NCBI GenBank assembly: GCA_002726235.1
Contig: PBSN01000007.1
Span: 62,001-126,000 of the forward strand
Origin: Nitrospiraceae bacterium
GTDB taxonomy: Bacteria; Nitrospirota; Nitrospiria; Nitrospirales; UBA2166
Reading direction: 5' to 3'
Length of the DNA stretch: 64,000 bases
The position numbers and the translations under genes were made by a program. Under the pieces are notes generated by a model. It searched no databases and was not told the DNA's origin. It worked only from the letters and a program-made list of their open reading frames with translations. Of this stretch, positions 62,348 to 64,000 are shown piece by piece (position 1 is the stretch's first letter; the number at the start of each line of letters is the position of its first letter).

Positions 62348-64000
62348 ATGAATTATCAAGTTTCTGCAAGAAAATGGCGACCGATGTCGTTTCCTGATGT
62401 GATTGGCCAGGCTCATGTCGTGCAAACCCTTGTCCATGCGGTCGAAGGGAAACGTGTCGCCCACGCCTATTTGTTTTCAGGAATGAGGGGTGTTGGAAAG
62501 ACAACGGTGGCGAGAATCCTGGCTAAGGCGATGAACTGTCACCAAGGTCCGACACCAACACCCTGTGCTGAATGTCAAAGCTGCGTCGAGATTGCAAATG
62601 GACAGTCATTTGATGTCATGGAGATTGATGGTGCTTCGAATTCTGGGGTCGATGACGTACGGAGTCTCCGAGAGAATATCAAAATTGGGCCTGCAAAAGG
62701 CGCACGCCGGGTGTATATCATTGATGAAGTGCACATGTTGACGACAAATGCATTCAATGCGCTACTGAAGACGCTTGAAGAACCTCCGGCACACGTCATT
62801 TTTATTTTTGCGACAAGTGAACTGCATAAAATTCCGCTAACGATCCTCTCGCGTTGTCAACATTTTACTTTCCGTCGAATTCCTGTTCAGACCATTACCG
62901 ATCATCTTCAACATATTGTGGCACAGGAAGCCATCACGATCAGTCCTCGTGGTCTTGAGATCACAGCAAAAGCCGCTGATGGGAGTTTGCGAGATGCATT
63001 GAGTTTACTTGATCAGATCGTTGCATTTGCCGGGCAGGAAGTCGCTGATCATCAAATTGATACTGTACTTGGGAATATTCCTCACGAACTTCGCCGGGAA
63101 ATGTTTCATGCTGTTGTGACCCGCGATCCGGCCAGAGCACTTGAGGTAGTGTGGGCAGTGGGAGATCAGGGAGGTGATCTTCATCGGTTTTTGGGAGACC
63201 TCGTTGAGGATGTTCGATCTCTCATCGTGCTGAAGATTTCTCCAAAGTCGCTGGGAAGGATTGATGTATCAGAGGGGTTGAATCGCGAAGCAGAAGAGGC
63301 CGTGAGGACATTAACTATTGATGACCTGCAGCGAGTCTTTGATATTTTGACTCAAGCTCAAGATCATCTCAAGCATACTGAGTTTCAAAATTATGTCTTG
63401 GAGATGGCGGTCATCAAAGTGTGCCAACTTGCGGCATCGGAGTCAGTATCTCACATGGATATGACCAATTGTGCAAAGGATCAAATAACCACGTCGCGTA
63501 CGCAGACCTCATTGGAGACACCCCAGGCAATAACGCGAGGACAGGTCTCGCGGACGACAAAGCCTTCGGTAGCTACTCGTCCGAAGTCCCAGCGTGTTAC
63601 TGCCCCCGGTTTCTCACGACCTATAGGTTCAAAGGCACCAGTCATTCCGAATGATAAAAAGACTACGCGTATGTCTACGCTGACGATTGATTGGACAGAG
63701 CTTGTAGAACGGGTTGGTGTGGAAAAACCAAACCTTGCGACGTATCTTGAAGCGGGTGTTCCAGTTAAGGTCGAAAACGGGATCATTCTGATTGCTTTTT
63801 CAGAGAATCGAGATATGTGTCGTGAGGTGATGGCACGTGACGACAATCAACAATATGTTCAGAATGTGTGTCGGTCGCTGTGTGGAAGTGAAGTCGAACT
63901 GAAGTTTGTTCGTCTTGCGAAATCTTCCGAGCCTGTGAAAACCATTGGAGAATTGGGTCAAGAAAAACATAAGAAACAAGCCCAGAATTTGCGCGATCGG
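62348..64000 (+). CDS. dnaX: DNA polymerase III gamma/tau (runs off the window end)
   Basis: Manual translation: MNYQVSARKWRP, GMRGVGKTT, EIDGASN, IIDEVHML, LLKTLEEPP and TILSRCQ. Confidence 0.95.
   Translation, partial: MNYQVSARKWRPMSFPDVIGQAHVVQTLVHAVEGKRVAHAYLFSGMRGVGKTTVARILAKAMNCHQGPTPTPCAECQSCVEIANGQSFDVMEIDGASNSGVDDVRSLRENIKIGPAKGARRVYIIDEVHMLTTNAFNALLKTLEEPPAHVIFIFATSELHKIPLTILSRCQHFTFRRIPVQTITDHLQHIVAQEAITISPRGLEITAKAADGSLRDALSLLDQIVAFAGQEVADHQIDTVLGNIPHELRREMFHAVVTRDPARALEVVWAVGDQGGDLHRFLGDLVEDVRSLIVLKISPKSLGRIDVSEGLNREAEEAVRTLTIDDLQRVFDILTQAQDHLKHTEFQNYVLEMAVIKVCQLAASESVSHMDMTNCAKDQITTSRTQTSLETPQAITRGQVSRTTKPSVATRPKSQRVTAPGFSRPIGSKAPVIPNDKKTTRMSTLTIDWTELVERVGVEKPNLATYLEAGVPVKVENGIILIAFSENRDMCREVMARDDNQQYVQNVCRSLCGSEVELKFVRLAKSSEPVKTIGELGQEKHKKQAQNLRDR

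Noticed and set aside
63655..63661. dnaX -1 frameshift site
   Set aside because: The sequence is T AAA AAG, not A AAA AAG, and no clear downstream hairpin is present.

Overview
Core chromosomal segment of a probable Nitrospirota (Nitrospira-like) bacterium. The assignment is inferred from gene content: an arc-dop-prcBA-pafA proteasome locus next to thiSGE, and a bd-like oxidase plus PRC-Rieske/cytochrome b cluster. Three N bases suggest a metagenome consensus. In order, the window holds: an uncharacterised exported-protein locus (outer-membrane barrel, two His/Cys-motif paralogs, a 12-Cys protein); DUF3047; hemE-hemY; thiS-thiG-thiE; a proteasome operon with no pup gene; a Zn/Mn ABC transporter; an Rrf2-sir-cysH sulfate-assimilation operon in which an AT-rich 168-aa HxGH nucleotidyltransferase stands where ATP sulfurylase is expected; pyrE; a complete F1Fo operon with an Acidithiobacillus-like c subunit; a respiratory cytochrome cluster containing a His/Met repeat protein; the tRNA-tuf-rpmG-secE-nusG-rplKA-rplJ/L-rpoBC cluster with L10 and L7/L12 fused in one ORF; then moaB, ferredoxin, DUF3105, tadA, two tRNA-Ser, SRP RNA and a partial dnaX. 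No transposase, prophage or CRISPR array was seen. The strongest leads are the candidate minimal ATP sulfurylase, the L10-L12 fusion with a nested L12 start, the exported putative metal-binding locus, the Pup-less proteasome operon and the apparently acquired ATP synthase. All family calls come from motif recognition, not database searches.
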